From Chiloscyllium plagiosum (Eukaryota), in the NCBI RefSeq assembly GCF_004010195.1, contig NC_057717.1, positions 74,233,490 to 74,297,489 on the forward strand: 64,000 nt of DNA, in the 5' to 3' direction. Positions 1-13,690 of this stretch are shown here, in pieces. The notes beneath the pieces are model-generated. The model made no database searches. It saw only the letters and a list, made by a program, of their open reading frames with translations, and was not told the origin of the DNA. How positions within the stretch are numbered: the stretch's first letter is position 1; each line of letters starts with the position of its first letter. The translations under genes were made by a program, and so were the position numbers.

Positions 1-539
1 GTTCAGACAACCTTTCAAGGAGGAAATGATGGGAGCTGTCAAAAGATTCAGCAATTATCGTGAGTGGTTTTAAACGACATATAAATTGAAATTATCAGAT
101 GGTAAAAAAATGATCTGGATAAGAATTAATTGAATGGTTTCTCAACAATTTCTTCAGACAGCATACTATGGGATCCAGACAGCAAGCCATATTAGATTAA
201 AACAAAAAATTCCAATGCTGTAAATCTCAATTAAAAAAAAACAGAAATTGCTGAAGACGATTGGCAGGGCTGGCAGCACAAGTGGAGAGAAAATAGAACT
301 CAACTTTCAGGTCCAGTGACACTTCTTCAGAATTCTGTGTCCCAGATAACATGAAAGCAGACCTAGCAAAAATGAATTGGCAAATTGGGTTAAGGGATAG
401 GTCAATAGAGATGCAAAGACAAAAAGATAAGGGGAGATTCCAGGAAGTGCAAAGTGAAGCCATGTCGACAAGAAAATTTGTAAAGTACAGAAACACAATC
501 ATTGTTTAATTTTTAAAAAGTCAAAGATATGATCTAACT

Positions 540-2300
540 CAAAGAAAAAAACATACAATTGTGCGAAGAGTTGGTGGCAGATCAGAAGATTGGACAGTAT
601 ATAAATAAAAATGATAAGACATCAGAAATGATTGATAAAGAGCGGGAAATTACAGTACGACATAAAATAATTATGTGAAAAAGAAAAAAAATTAAAGAAA
701 GTTTCTTTCAATAAATGGTTAGCAATGTAAAAGTTGGATCAATAGATCGCTCACGAATTCAACATATATGTTGCATTGACTTCATTCGAAAGCATATAAA
801 TGGCATTCTAGAAATAGCTATCATTCAGGAATTGAAAGGGGTAGAGAAAGTCAGAAATGTAAAATTGTCAGCGATATATTATAAAGTTAATTGCTTAAAT
901 GGCAAGTTAACAATTACCTGAGTCCAAATGGATTCCATTGAGCATCATAAAGTAAGTGCCTAGTCAGATCTTTCATGTATTACATTTAATTTTGAAATGC
1001 TCATTAAATTCAGAGAAGTCCCCTTCAGATTGGAAAATAGTTAAAGTAACTCTTCTGTAAAAAGCGTAGAGAATAAGAAAGAAGGAAATTGCAGGTTTTG
1101 TCCCTGTCATAAGAAATATGTTCAAGACAATATTATTGTGTTCAAGCTAAATCATGAAGAAAGAGTCAGTCATAGAGATATACAGTACAGAAACAGGCCC
1201 TTCGGCCCATCTCGTCCATGTCGACTGACTTGCCAGAGAAGAACGTGTCCCATTGGCCCATACATCACTAAATACTTTTATCCATTATTTGTCCAAATCA
1301 TTTTTTTAAAATATTGTCATTGTATCCGTCTCTACCACTTCCTCTGGCAGTTCGTTCCACTTGTGCACCACCCACTGTGTGAAACATTTACCCTTTCAGT
1401 TCCCTTTTAAATCTTCCCCTCTCACCTTAAACCAATGCCCTCTAGTTTTGGACTCTTCTCATCTGGGGAAAGGATCTTGGCTAGTCACTCATCAATGCCC
1501 CTTGTGATTTTAAAAATCTCTTAAAAATCAACACTCAGCAACCTCTGTTCCACAGAAAAATGTCCTAGCCGACCACTCTCTCCACATAATTCAAACCTTC
1601 CAGTCTTGGTAACATCATTATAAATCATTTTCCACAATTTCCAGTTTAATACCATCCTTCTTATAACAGGTCAGTCAGAATTGCACACAGTCCACAAAGT
1701 ATGGCCTTACCATTGTCTTCAAAAGCTGTAACATGATGTCCCAATTCCTGTACTCAATGTTCAGACTGATGAAGGCTTTTTCACCACGCTGTCTACCTGT
1801 GAATTTCGAGGAACCAGGTAACTGCGCCCCTCGATCTCGCTGTTCGACAAATGTCAAGCTCTACTATTAATTGTTTAAGTCCTGGCCTGGTCTATCTTAC
1901 CTAAATGCAACACCTCGCATTTCTCTGCGTAAACTCCGTCTACCATTCCTCAGCCCACTTCCCTAGCAGATCAAGATCCTTTCACACACTTTTTAACCTT
2001 TATCATGATACCACGAAAGTCTGATGTAATTTGCAAACTTACAAAATCCAACATTCTCATCCACATCATTTATAAAAGTGACAAACAAAAGTGGAACCAG
2101 CACAGATCCATGGATCCAAGGTTTCCCTGGATTCCATATGATTTCACTTTCCGCCCAATCTACGATATGGTAACTTGTCGGCAGCCTTGCTAAAGTCTCT
2201 GTAGGCAACGTTTACCACACTGTTGTCCAATTATTTACTCAGTCAGATCTTAAAAAAACACAAAACAAATTTGTGAGGCACAATTTCCCACGCACAAAGC
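540..2300. mobile_element. CR1 fragments (old plus-strand 540-1130; younger minus-strand 1160-2300)
   Basis: GSVLVPLLFVTFINDVDE, MLQLLKTMVRPYF.DCVQF; CR1 3' tail at ~1170-1260. Confidence 0.75.
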
Positions 2301-2777
2301 TATGTGTACCATAAAGTGGAGAATTTGGGCAGTAAAAATGATATTAGGGCGGATGACCATCAACCCTCAAGAATACTTTTGGAAATTAACAANNNNNNNN
2401 NNNNNNNNNNNNNNNNNNNNNNNNNNNNNNNNNNNNNNNNNNNNNNNNNNNNNNNNNNNNNNNNNNNNNNNNNNNNNNNNNNNNNNNNNNNNNNNNNNNN
2501 NNNNNNNNNNNNNNNNNNNNNNNNNNNNNNNNNNNNTAATTGTATGCCAATGTTGTTTTAATAATTCTTGTCGAACATTATCCCGGAACATCAGTTGGAC
2601 GCCTCCATTTGTTTACCAACAACAGTGGTGACAAGTGCACATTTAGTTAAAAAAATTGCAATTCTTCATTGTAACATAGGTGCTATATTAAAATGCCACT
2701 TAGTATTTCACTTGGCCGAGCTTCCTTTTGGTCTTACCCTAGGAGCACCCCAGGAATTAGAAGCAATGATGTCTAAT

Positions 2778-2820
2778 CTGGCAGAAGATGAAGCACTGTA
2801 CACCAAGTTAGGATATTCTT
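2778..2820 (-). pseudogene. Inactivated leader exon of a paralogue of the VJ receptor
   Basis: AAG AAT ATC CTA ACT TGG TGT ACA GTG CTT CAT CTT CTG CCA G|attag aligns with 23890-23932 (same 43 nt length) but has ATG>AAG and donor GT>AT. Flanks ~2540-3125 are homologous to ~23640-24255. Confidence 0.75.
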
Positions 2821-4539
2821 TGCTTGCTGAAATTTCACTGAAATAATAAGACTGACTTGTTTAGAAAAAGAAACTTGACTTTACGACATCACAAGCTGAA
2901 TTACACAACTGAGAGAATTATCTCCTGTCTTTGAATAAAAGTATAGAATCTGTAGAACCATTCATAAAATTGAGGTGGATTTCCTGTTAAGACTTTAAGC
3001 GAGCCAGTACAGAAATTGGCAATTTTCTTCGAACATATTTGAAATACAGGATTGTACTACAATAAAATAAAACAGTATTCATAGCATTCAAATTAAAACA
3101 GCTTGATGCAGGACTTATTCAAATAAATAGTCAGTCATTAGTGATTTGGATCAAGAAATCAGTTCATCCCTCAATTGCTTCTGACAGCAACTATGTGTGC
3201 TTCGAATGATATTTGCATTTTTATATTGGAGATGATAAATAATATGATATAGAAATTAAAACAATTATTGTGCTGGTTTCGTAATTTAAACACAGGTGAG
3301 AAGCCCGATGTTATATTTTGTTATTTCAAGGAATATTGTGTTGACGAACATCGCTTGTAGACAGTGATTAAATATAGCATGCCCTTGCTATACTGAATAA
3401 TGTTAAATACTGCATTGTTTAACAAGTTACCCGGGTCTTGTTGTACTTTCCATTTTTCCAATCGATGACCTTTTAGATAATAAACTATTTCACTATTTTT
3501 CACCAAAATCGGATAATCACACAATCATTTACATTATACTTAATTTACAATGCATTTTCCAAGTCTCTCAACATGTGCAAATTACATTTTGGTAATTCAT
3601 TTTTGGGATGTCAGCCTTCCTGAACCACTGCAAACCCCATGCTGTATGTTTACCCATAATGCCATTAGGGAGAGAATTGCAGGATTTTGACCCACCGACA
3701 TTGAAGGAACTGCAATGGACTTCCAAGTCAGCATGGAAGGAAACTTGAAGGTAGTGATGTTCCCATGTAACTTCTGCCTTATTACTTCCAGGTGGAAGTG
3801 GGTTAGAATATGCTGTCTGAGGATCTTCGGTGAATTTCTACAGTGCATCCTTTAGATAGTACACAATGCTGCTGCTGAGCTTTTAAATGGATGTTTGTAA
3901 CTGTGTTGCTAATCAAGCACGCTATTTGTGTTTGATGGTATCAAGCTTCATGAATGTTGTTGGACCTGCATCCATCTAAGGAAGAGAGGAATATCCATTC
4001 CCATTTGAGCGGTGTAGATAATAGACAAGGTTTGGGGAGTCAGGAGGCGAGTTTCTTGTGCAGTATTCCAAGCGTTTGTCCTTCTCTTGTAGCCACTGCG
4101 TTCATGTGACGAGTCCAGTTGAGTTTCTTGTCAATGATAACGCCCAGGATGTTGACGCTGTGGTACCTCTGAATCTTCCTTATAATTCACCTTCCCAACC
4201 AGTTTTGTGTTGTGTGGAGAAATTGCATTTTGTTCTTTCATCTACTTTACTAATGTATATTTTGAATATCTGAGGTGTTCACACTTCGAAAAACAAGCCT
4301 ACACTTCTTCCTATGCTTTATTTTCTGTCTACCAACTAGTTTTGGATCATTTCCTCCTCATAGCTCCCCCTGAATCATGAACCATCATGGAAAAATAAGC
4401 TATTTCGTCCACAATGGTCATAAATCTCATTTTATCCGGTGATCTCCAACCTGCTCCCAACCACCAAACTACACACCAACTCCCTCACCCCACTGCTGCC
4501 AATCTCATAGTCTCCCAATACCACACGACTGGCTTATAA

Positions 4540-5445
4540 CTCATAAAGTCATAGGTCAGACAGCATGAAAACAGACCCTTCAGTCCAACTCATCCATGCA
4601 AACCAATTTTCCCAAACTAAGCTCATCTCACTTATCTCCGTTTGATGCATGTCCCTATAAACGTCTCCTATTTATGTACCTGTCCAAATTTATTTTAAAT
4701 GTTGTAACTGTACTTCAATTAATAACTTCCTCTGACGGTTCATTCAAAATTCAAACCACCCTCTTTGTGAATAAGTCGCCCATCACGACCCTTTTAAATC
4801 TTTCTCCTCTCGCCTTAAAAAATGTCTCATAGTTTTGTATTACACCACCCGAGGTGGTGTAATATCACCTTATCTATGTCCCTTGAGATTTTACACACTT
4901 CAACAAGGTCACCCCTCAATCGCCTACACTACAATGAAAATGCTCAGCCTATCCAGCCTTTCCTTATAACTGAAGACCTGGAAACATCATGGTAAATCTT
5001 TTTTGAACCCCCTCCAATTTAATAATATCCTTCCACTAGCAGGGCAACCAGAGCTGCATAGTACTCGAAAAGTGGCCTTATATATCCCATGATCTCCCAT
5101 ATTAAATGTTCTGAACAATGAATGCAAGTGTCATAAACACCTTATTAACCATCCTGTTTATGTGTGATGCGACTTTTAAAGAACTATGTGATTGAACCGT
5201 TAGCTTTTGCTGTTTGACAGCACTACCCAAAACCCTACAAGTAATCGCATTAGTCCTGTCCTTGTTTGTTTTACCAAACTACAATGTCTCACAATTGTCC
5301 GAATTAATCTCCATCTGCCATCCCTCAGTCCATTGGCCCATTTGATAAATATCTCTTGATAATCTTAACAGCTTTTTTCACAGTCGACCACACCACAACT
5401 CTGATGTCATCCATGAATTTACGAACCTTGCCTCCAACATTCTCA
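4540..5445 (-). mobile_element. CR1 3' fragment
   Basis: CR1 3' UTR (acagacccttcagtccaactc) and RT C-terminus. Confidence 0.75.
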
Positions 5446-6759
5446 TTCACAAACAAAACTGTTATTTCCTGCACCTGTCCCACAAAACCCATCTCTTGCT
5501 ACCTCGACACAATTTTGTCTCCACTTGTCTAGTCCCTTCCCAAACGACAATTCTTCTGATCCTCCAATGCTGAGTGACCTGCTGTGCTTTTCAATTGCCA
5601 CACTTTTCGACTTAACTCATTATAGAATACAATGTTCACTGCTCGTAATATGGTCTCCTTGACAATGCATGGAGTGGGCAATCACTTTGCATAACATCTA
5701 CGTGCTGTCTGCCAAATATATCCCTGAGCTTCCAGTTGGTTGCCACTTCATGGTTCTCTGGCTATTATCTTTCGTTCAGGCTTGCTTCATTCCTCCAGAG
5801 AATTTCAGCGGAAGATGGAAAAACAGCATCACATTTCTGTTTGAAAATGTTGCAACTTTCTGCACTCACAATTAAAAGTCACACAAAATAGTCCAGCAGG
5901 TTTATTTGGAAACACTAGCTTTCAGAGCGCTGCTCCTTCATCAGATAGTTGGTTTCTTTTTCATCAGAAAGCTATTGTTCCACATAAACCTGTTGGATTA
6001 TAATCTGATGCTGTGTGATTTTTACTTTTGTACACCCCAGTCAAACAGCAGCAACTCCAAATCATTCTGCACTCAATACTAAGTTTAACAATTTAAGTAC
6101 TTGAGCACGTTCTCCTATGCCATTACCCTTTCAACACACCAGGCCTTATCATCACATGGCTGCTGCCACTAACTAATCATTATCAGCCACGAATGGCCAA
6201 TATATCAACTATTCATTCTCCCAGATTGATCTTTTTAGCTCATTTGTCAAAATGCTTCTCTCTCTTCCCCATCACTACCCTTCCTTCCAAAGCCCCCTCC
6301 CCCCACGACTTTCTCTCTTTCTCACTGGGCTCGATCTCCACCTGGCATTTACTCCTCCCGTATCGCCCACCCTAGCTTCACTGTACATACCAACATTTCC
6401 CTCACTATAATCAGTTTTATAGAAGGGTCACTGGATCCAAAACATTAACTATGCTTTCCCTCCACAATTGCTAACAGACCTGCTGACTTCTATTTTCCAT
6501 TTTGTGTCCCATCATAATCAGTAAACCACATGCAATCGTTACGGTCTTAATTAAAACCAAACACCCAGTAAAGCTCGCCTCACCGCATAATCTGTTAAAA
6601 TCTGAGTGAGTGACACATAACTCCTAATTTTCACTATTTGAAGAAAAATAACAATTTATTTTCTAACTCTAATCGCGAACACTAAACAAAACTCTTCACA
6701 AATCTAAGCCTCCTTTCACTAAGCTAATTACTATCAAGCCCAACTCTACCAAAATTATT

Positions 6760-6957
6760 AGATTACATTACAGTGGGAAACAGGCCCTTCGGCCCAACAA
6801 GTCCATACCGACCCGCCAAAGCGCAACCCACCCATACCCCTACATTTACACCTTACCTAACACTATGGGCAATTTAGCATGGCCAATTCACCTAACCTGC
6901 ACATCTTTGGACTGTGGGAGGAAACCGGAGCACCCGGAGGAAACCCACGCAGACACG
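6760..6957 (-). mobile_element. HE1-type SINE, 5'-truncated
   Basis: ggcaatttagcatggccaattcacctaacctgcacatctttggactgtgggagg core plus tail. Confidence 0.85.
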
Positions 6958-8349
6958 ATTATGTCTCAATAACACACTTATTAAGCATTACATTAATTTG
7001 ATCTCTGCCTCTTACACTGTTCCCAATCATACATCTGCTGATCTCCCTGAATCTTCTTTCTTTATGCTGCAAGTAAATCTTACATCGCTTTTGATATAGA
7101 GTGCTTTTCAACTTCTTTGATAGCAAGATTTTAGATAGGCAGTTAGCTCTTCGACTCAACGCCAGTTGCTCTGCTGTTTGGTGGCAATAGCTCTCTGACT
7201 AAATGTTCAAAAAGTCCAGGTTTTAGATCCCCAACATCGTTCCCTATCATTTGTCCCATGTTTTTAAAACAATCAATTCAAACTTGATTGAGCTTTAGTA
7301 ACTTAAGCATAACTTAAACTCATTGATTAAATTCGAAATGTTATCAAAACAGGAACGAATACTCCAGTATCCATTTAACAGCCAATTGTTACATGTATCT
7401 ATTTTAGAACAGCTCGTCTTCTAATGGTTCTGCAGGCAACTGTCACCGCACTTTTAGTTCAAAATTCAGAAAACACTCTATTTTAAAATGAGCATGCATG
7501 TTTTCGATTTTGTAACATAATGCCATGCATTTTATTTTGATAAGAGAATCTTTAATATGGAACCTTATCAAAGCCATCTGAAAGTTCAAGTAAATTGTAT
7601 CGACTGCATACCTCTTATCAACACTAACAGTTATATGCTCAGAGTGTTCCAGTATATTAACCGATCATTACTTCCCTTTTGTAAATCTATGTCCACGCTG
7701 TCCAATCCTGGCAATATTGTTCATGTACTCTGTCATTAAATATATTTTACAAAAGACCTCCGCATTTCCCTACCGCCAATGGCATTCACAATGATCGTCG
7801 CTGCTTGCTAGTTCTCTATCTCCTTTTTAAATATGGGGTTGCATTAGTCATACTTCAATTCACAGGAACTCTTTTAGAGGCTATAGACTCTTAAAAGATG
7901 ACAAGCATTGAAAGATGACAAGCAATGCATCTAGCATTTCTAGGGCCTTTTCCTACTACAATAGGATGTAACTTATGCGGATGTGGGCATTCAATTTTCC
8001 CATCGTTTCCTAATTGATAATGAGATCCTTCCACCCTTCTATCTCAATAGATGCCCTATTCCCCAAAATATTAAGCTAACAATAAGAGATGAGATAGTGC
8101 AGAATGTTATAGCTATACTGGAGCCACATTTGTGAAATACGAAGCAGGCTAGAATATAATTTTCGTCTAATTGTGTCCATAGTAAATACTTACTTATACA
8201 CTTACAATTATAAGGAGGGCACCAACAAAGGAGAGATTGAAGATAAGGATGTGTATGTTCTTTTAAACATGCGTATACTATTCAGATTTACATCATGGGC
8301 GTAGAAGTAGATAGGTCAGTGATGTCTGTGGAGGAGCACTCAAGTGATT

Positions 8350-8770
8350 AGATTACTACTTTAGATTACTTACAGTGTGGAAACAGGCCCTTCGGCCCAA
8401 CAAGTCCACACTGACCCGCCGAAGCGCAACCCACCCATACCCCTACAGTTATCCCTTACCTAACACTACGGGCAATTTAGCATGGCCAATTCACCTGACC
8501 TGCACATCTTTGGACTGTAGGAGGAAACCCACGCAGACACGGGGAGAACGTGCAAACTCCACACAGTTAGTCGCCTGAGGCGGGAATTGAACCCGGGTCT
8601 CTGGCGCTGTGAGGCAGCAGTGCTAACCACTGTGCCACCGTGCCGCCCAGTGTGCCACCATGCCACCTAGTGTGCCACCATGCCGCCCAGTGTGCCACCA
8701 TGCTGCCCACTGTGCCACCATGCTGTCCACTGTGCCACCATGCCGTCCACTGTGCCACCAGGCCGCCCAC
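8350..8770 (-). mobile_element. HE1-type SINE whose 5' 20 bp is tandemly amplified about 7 times (8628-8770)
   Basis: SINE body with A/B boxes and ggccgaagggcctgtttccacactgtaagtaatct tail; unit cactgtgccaccatgccgcc. Confidence 0.88.
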
Positions 8771-9124
8771 GATTACCAGGAAAGAAACTTGTACTTCTTT
8801 CTCTCCGTCATGCCACACTTAAAATTGGGACGTTTACAACACGACAATCACACATCATAGAATACAGAATGAAAAACAGAAATTGCTGTGGAAACAAAGT
8901 AGTTATGGCAGGATCTGTGAAGACAACGCACAGAAGCATTTAATGTCAGTGATCTTTCTTCAGAACTGATTGTAGCTGGCAAAATGTTGCATACATGCTG
9001 AAGATGGGCTAAGCTAGGGGTGACTAAACACTCGGTGGATATGGAGCCCAGAGAGACAGGAAAACCATTGCATCGAAAATTGAATGGGTAAAGGAAAACC
9101 TAGGACAATGAATAGCTGCGAAGT

Positions 9125-9303
9125 GGGTTTCCTCCGGGTGCTCCGGTTTCCTCCCACAGTCCAAAAATGTGCGGGTTAGGTGAATTCGCCATGCTAAATT
9201 GCCCGTAGTGTTAGGTGTAGGGGAATGGGTCTGAGTGGATTGCGCTTCGGCGGGTTGGTATGGACTTGTTGGGCCGAAGGGCCTGTTTCCACACTGTAAG
9301 TAA
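9125..9303 (+). mobile_element. HE1-type SINE, 5'-truncated
   Basis: gggtttcctccgggtgctccggtttcctcccacagtcc...gggcctgtttccacactgtaag. Confidence 0.85.
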
Positions 9304-9427
9304 TAGTGATTGTTTATGATTGCAGCTATGTGATGACAAAGTCTGAGGCATGGGTTGTGTGTGTAATACCTGTCCATTTACTTCCTCCCTCCTCGCAATC
9401 CAAGCTGCCAGACACATCATCCAGGTG

Positions 9428-10169
9428 TGCAAGCAATTGGAGTTGAATGCAACAGTAACACGGACATCCATGTTGGGCAGATGGCAGCGGCAGAGGACTG
9501 TTCAGGATGGCTCTACAGGTGACATTTTTGAAGAAAACGGCCAAGCCAAGGGACCCTGGCTTCAGTAGGCGAAGAGTGACCTGTGTAGCAACTTATATGA
9601 CGTGGTTCCAGCGCAGGCAATAACAAGGCGGGGTGGGCCGGGGCGAGGGGTCAGCAGAAGTGTTGAAGAGATTAGCCTGTACTTTCCTCAATTTATATTT
9701 TAGTTGCTGCTCAAAGTGTGGCCGTCTGAATATTGTAATTGAATTTGAATGATTTGCGATCACTTGAACTGTACAGTGAATAATACAGTAAATTGCAGTG
9801 ACAAGCTTCAAACAGCATCACAATCGAGCTCCATTTTGAATAGAATAAATAGCGTAAAAACATATCAGTGAAAGAGACTTTCTTCATTCCACCACCTCCA
9901 CCATAAGCCCCGTGTCAGCTCACCAGTGATACAACACTTCTGCTGACCCCTCGCCCCGCCCCACCCCGCCTTGTTATTGCCTGCGCTGGAACCACGTCAT
10001 ATAAGTTGCTACACAGGTCACTCTTCGCCTACTGAAGCCAGGGTCCCTTGGCTTGGCCGTTTTCTTCAAAAATGTCACCTGTGGAGCCATCCTGAACAGT
10101 CCTCTGCCGCTGCCATCTGCCCAACATGGATGTCCGTGTTACTGTTGCATTCAACTCCAATTGCTTGCA
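9428..10169. repeat. Long inverted repeat: ~238-bp near-identical arms (9428-9665, 9932-10169) with 266-bp spacer
   Basis: The arms are reverse complements with only a few differences; the ORF track shows the same peptides on opposite strands. Confidence 0.92.
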
Positions 10170-10849
10170 GTTGTCGCATCCGCCATTGCTACCACCAGCC
10201 ACTATGAAGCTGGCACCATTCTGTCCATGGCATATTCTCACTGTTGTGCTGATGCCGATAACCCCTGTGAGACATGCATCAGGAAAAGGCCTGCCGACCG
10301 GGCAATTGCTTTGCAAATATCTGGATTCTGTCGCCAAACTAACCTTGAGCTTCTGGCTGATGGTCACTCAACACACCACCGTGTTCCCTGGCCAACATAT
10401 CTCTCTCAGTCTTTCTGCAATGCTCCAGCAAAGCTAGAAGAATTGAACTTCACTTTCAGCTTAGGAACACTGCAACTTTCTCAAATTAAACCATTTTAGA
10501 GCATGAGCATCTTCTCCTATAACTCGTACAGTAACCTCCACACACCAGGCATTGCCATAAAATAGCCTGCAATCACAAAACAATCCATTCACTGCCTCAT
10601 ATGGTTCCAATTCGCAGCTATTTATTCTCCCAGGTTGACTTTTGTGGATTCCTTTGCTTACAAATTTATTTTCTTTCTCTGGGCACCATCTCTGCCCTCC
10701 TTTCCTCCTTCTCCCTGCTCCAACTCCATCTTTAGCAAATAACCCAAACCCTTCCCAGTTATAGAATAGAATCCCTACAGGCCATTCGGTTCAACAAGTC
10801 CACACCGATTTTCCGAAGAGTGACCCAACCAGACCCATTCACCTAGGCA

Positions 10850-11567
10850 GAATTGAGGACTTCAGATGCTGGAAACCAGAGTTTAGATTAGAGTGGTGCT
10901 GGAAAAGCACAGCAGGTCAGGCAGCATCCGAGGAGCAGGAAAATCGACATTTCGGGCAAAAGCCGTTCATCAGGAATGGAGGCAGGGAGCCTCCGGGATG
11001 GAGAGATAAGTCGGGTGCGTGAGGCTGGGGGGAAGGTAGCAAAGAGTAGAATAGGTGAATGGGGCTTGGGGGTGGAGGTGATAGGTCAGAGAGGAGGGTG
11101 GGGAAAGGTTGAAAAGCGTACAGTAGGTGAATGGGGATGGGGATGGAGGTGATAGATCAGAGGGGATGGTGGAGCTGATAGGTGGGAAGGGAGATTGGCA
11201 GGTAGGACAGGTCATTAGGACAGTCCTGAGCTGGAAGGTTGGAACTGGGGTAAGGTCGGGGGGTCTTCATTTCACCCCCTCACCTTATTGTACTCTTTGC
11301 TATCTTCCCCCACCCTACCCATTCACGTACTGGTTTCCATTTACCCCAAACTAATACACCTGGCCTACCTATCCCTGAACATTATAGGCAATTTTAGCAT
11401 GGCCAATCCACCTAACCTGCACATCTTTTGATTGTGGGAGGAAACCCACGCAGACACGGGGAGAACGTCCAAACTTCACACAAACAGTCTCCCAAGACGG
11501 GAATGGCAACAGGGTCCCTGGCGCTGTGAGGCAGCAGTGCTAACCACTGAGCCACCGTGCCGCCCCA
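10850..11567 (-). mobile_element. Penelope 3' fragment (10850-11260) followed by HE1-type SINE (~11340-11567)
   Basis: cagatgctggaaaccag..gtggtgctggaaaagcacagc, the same terminus as at 49110; SINE head gggcggcacggtggctcagtgg. Confidence 0.75.
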
Positions 11568-12264
11568 AGAAGGGTCACTGAAACTAAAATGTTAATTCTA
11601 CTTTCTCTCCACAGATGTTGCCCAATCTGCCAAGTTTTCCAGCCAATTTCTGTTTTTTGTTTCCGAATTCCACCATCCACGTTTCATTTTTCAATTTGTA
11701 TCGAACACAGCATGATGGTCTCAAAGATCATCTCTTTCTATTGTTTTATGCCTTCTCCAGTTTCTAAATCATGCTGAAAATTAGAAAGTATAATTCAAAA
11801 AAAGCAGTAAGGCAAAAGCTTTGCATATATTTCTAACCTGTGGGATTTTGTTGTCTGGGATGCAATGTCTAAACCATGGTGAGTAATGTCGTAAATTACA
11901 GTAAATGATGCGTTATTATTATCCAGCAAAACATGATTGCATGAATATCAGCAACAACAACAAATAAAGTTGTAATTTGAAGCTGAAGAACAATGGAGAG
12001 GAAAAATAATCAGTTATTTACAAAAGCAGTGCAGGTATTATTGGATAACTGGTGTCATTATCCAACTAATTCAGTAGGATTCAGTTATTCTAATGCATCT
12101 TTCCTAAAATTGATCTCATGTGATATTACGCTGAAATGGCCTACTCTGACTGAGATGGCTGTTAGGACCCCGTTTCACTTGCACCCTGTGTCACGTAATT
12201 TCCCTACTCATCAAATATTTCTAATTGTCACCATTCTAAGAGCGTGTCATGGTGTAAGATCAGA

Positions 12265-12500
12265 TTAGATGCCCTATAGTGTGGAAACTGGCCCTTCAGC
12301 CCAACCAGTCCACACCGACCGTCCGAAGAGTTACCCATGCAGACCCATTTCCCTCTGATGAATACACCTAACACAATTGGCAATTTAGCATGGCCAATTC
12401 ACCTGATTTGCACATCTTTGGACTGTGGGAGAAAACCAGAGCACGCAGAGGAAACCCACACAGGTGTGGGGAGAATGTGCAGACTCCACACGGACAGACG
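12265..12500 (-). mobile_element. HE1-type SINE
   Basis: Same core and tail motifs as other copies. Confidence 0.8.
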
Positions 12501-12559
12501 ACTGAGGCTAGCCTGCACATCCTCGGACACGGTGGGCAATTGGGGAGGGCTTGGACAAG

Positions 12560-13690
12560 ATTTCACAGTCACAGAAATGTGCTGGCAGACTGCCCTTGGC
12601 GTCAAGATCACATCAAACAAATCTGGCATCAATGAGCTCCAGCAAAAGTGGAATCAATGAGTATTAGAGGGCAAATTCTCCACTGGTTAGAGTCATACCT
12701 TGTATATAGAAAGTTATTTGTCATTGTTGTACATCAGTCATGCCATCTCGCAGGAGTTCTGCATGGTAGTGTTCTCCATCCGAACATCTTCAGCCGCTTC
12801 AGCATGACGTTCTCTACATCATAAGGTCAAAAATGGGGATGCTCTCTGATGATTGCACAAAATTCAGCACAATTTGCGAATGCTCAGATTCTAAAATAGT
12901 CCAAGTACAAGTGCAGCAGGATCTGAGCAATGTCTGCGTTTTAACTAGCAAGTAGCAAGCAACATCAACACCACACAAATGCAAGGAAATGACCATCTGC
13001 ATCTAGCTACCGCCCATTGGCATTCAACGATTTTACAAATGTTGAATATCCCACTTTCAGCATCCTTGGATTGCCATTGACCAGAAACTCACTGATCATA
13101 TAAACACAATGACTACAACAGCAGGTCATAGACTGGGAATAGTGCAACAAGCAACTTACTTCCTGACACCCCAAAGCCTATCGTTCATCTACAAGACACA
13201 AGTCAAGAGTGTGATGGAATATTTTTCACTTGCCTGAATGTGTTCAGCTTCAACTACAACTCAAGACGCTTGATTCCATCCAGGGAAAAGCAATCCACTT
13301 GATTGACACCATATCCACAAACATGCACTCCTTCCACCACCAGTGCTCAATCACAGCAATTACTTTCTACTATCTACAAGAACTGCAGAAGTTCACCAAA
13401 GGTCCATGGGCAGCCCCTGCCACATCTACCCCCGGAAAAATAATGGCAGCTGATAGATAGGAGCAATACCACCCTGCACGTTCCCCTCCAAACCACACAT
13501 CATCCTTATTTGGGAAAACATGACCGTTCCTTCACTGTTGCTCAGTTAAAATCCGATAGTTCCCTTCTATCCTTGAAAGGTCAACCTACACCATGTGGAC
13601 TGCAGAAGTTCAAGAAAAACAGCTTACAGCAACTTGGTCAAGGGCAACTGAGGACAGGCAAATGAATGCTGGCCAGCCAAAGACACATAC
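12560..13690 (+). mobile_element. Old degraded LINE (CR1/L2-superfamily RT 3' part)
   Basis: Degenerate RT motifs (..GSVL.PNIFS.F, .SDDCT, YKTQV.SVMEY) and 3' UTR. Confidence 0.6.
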
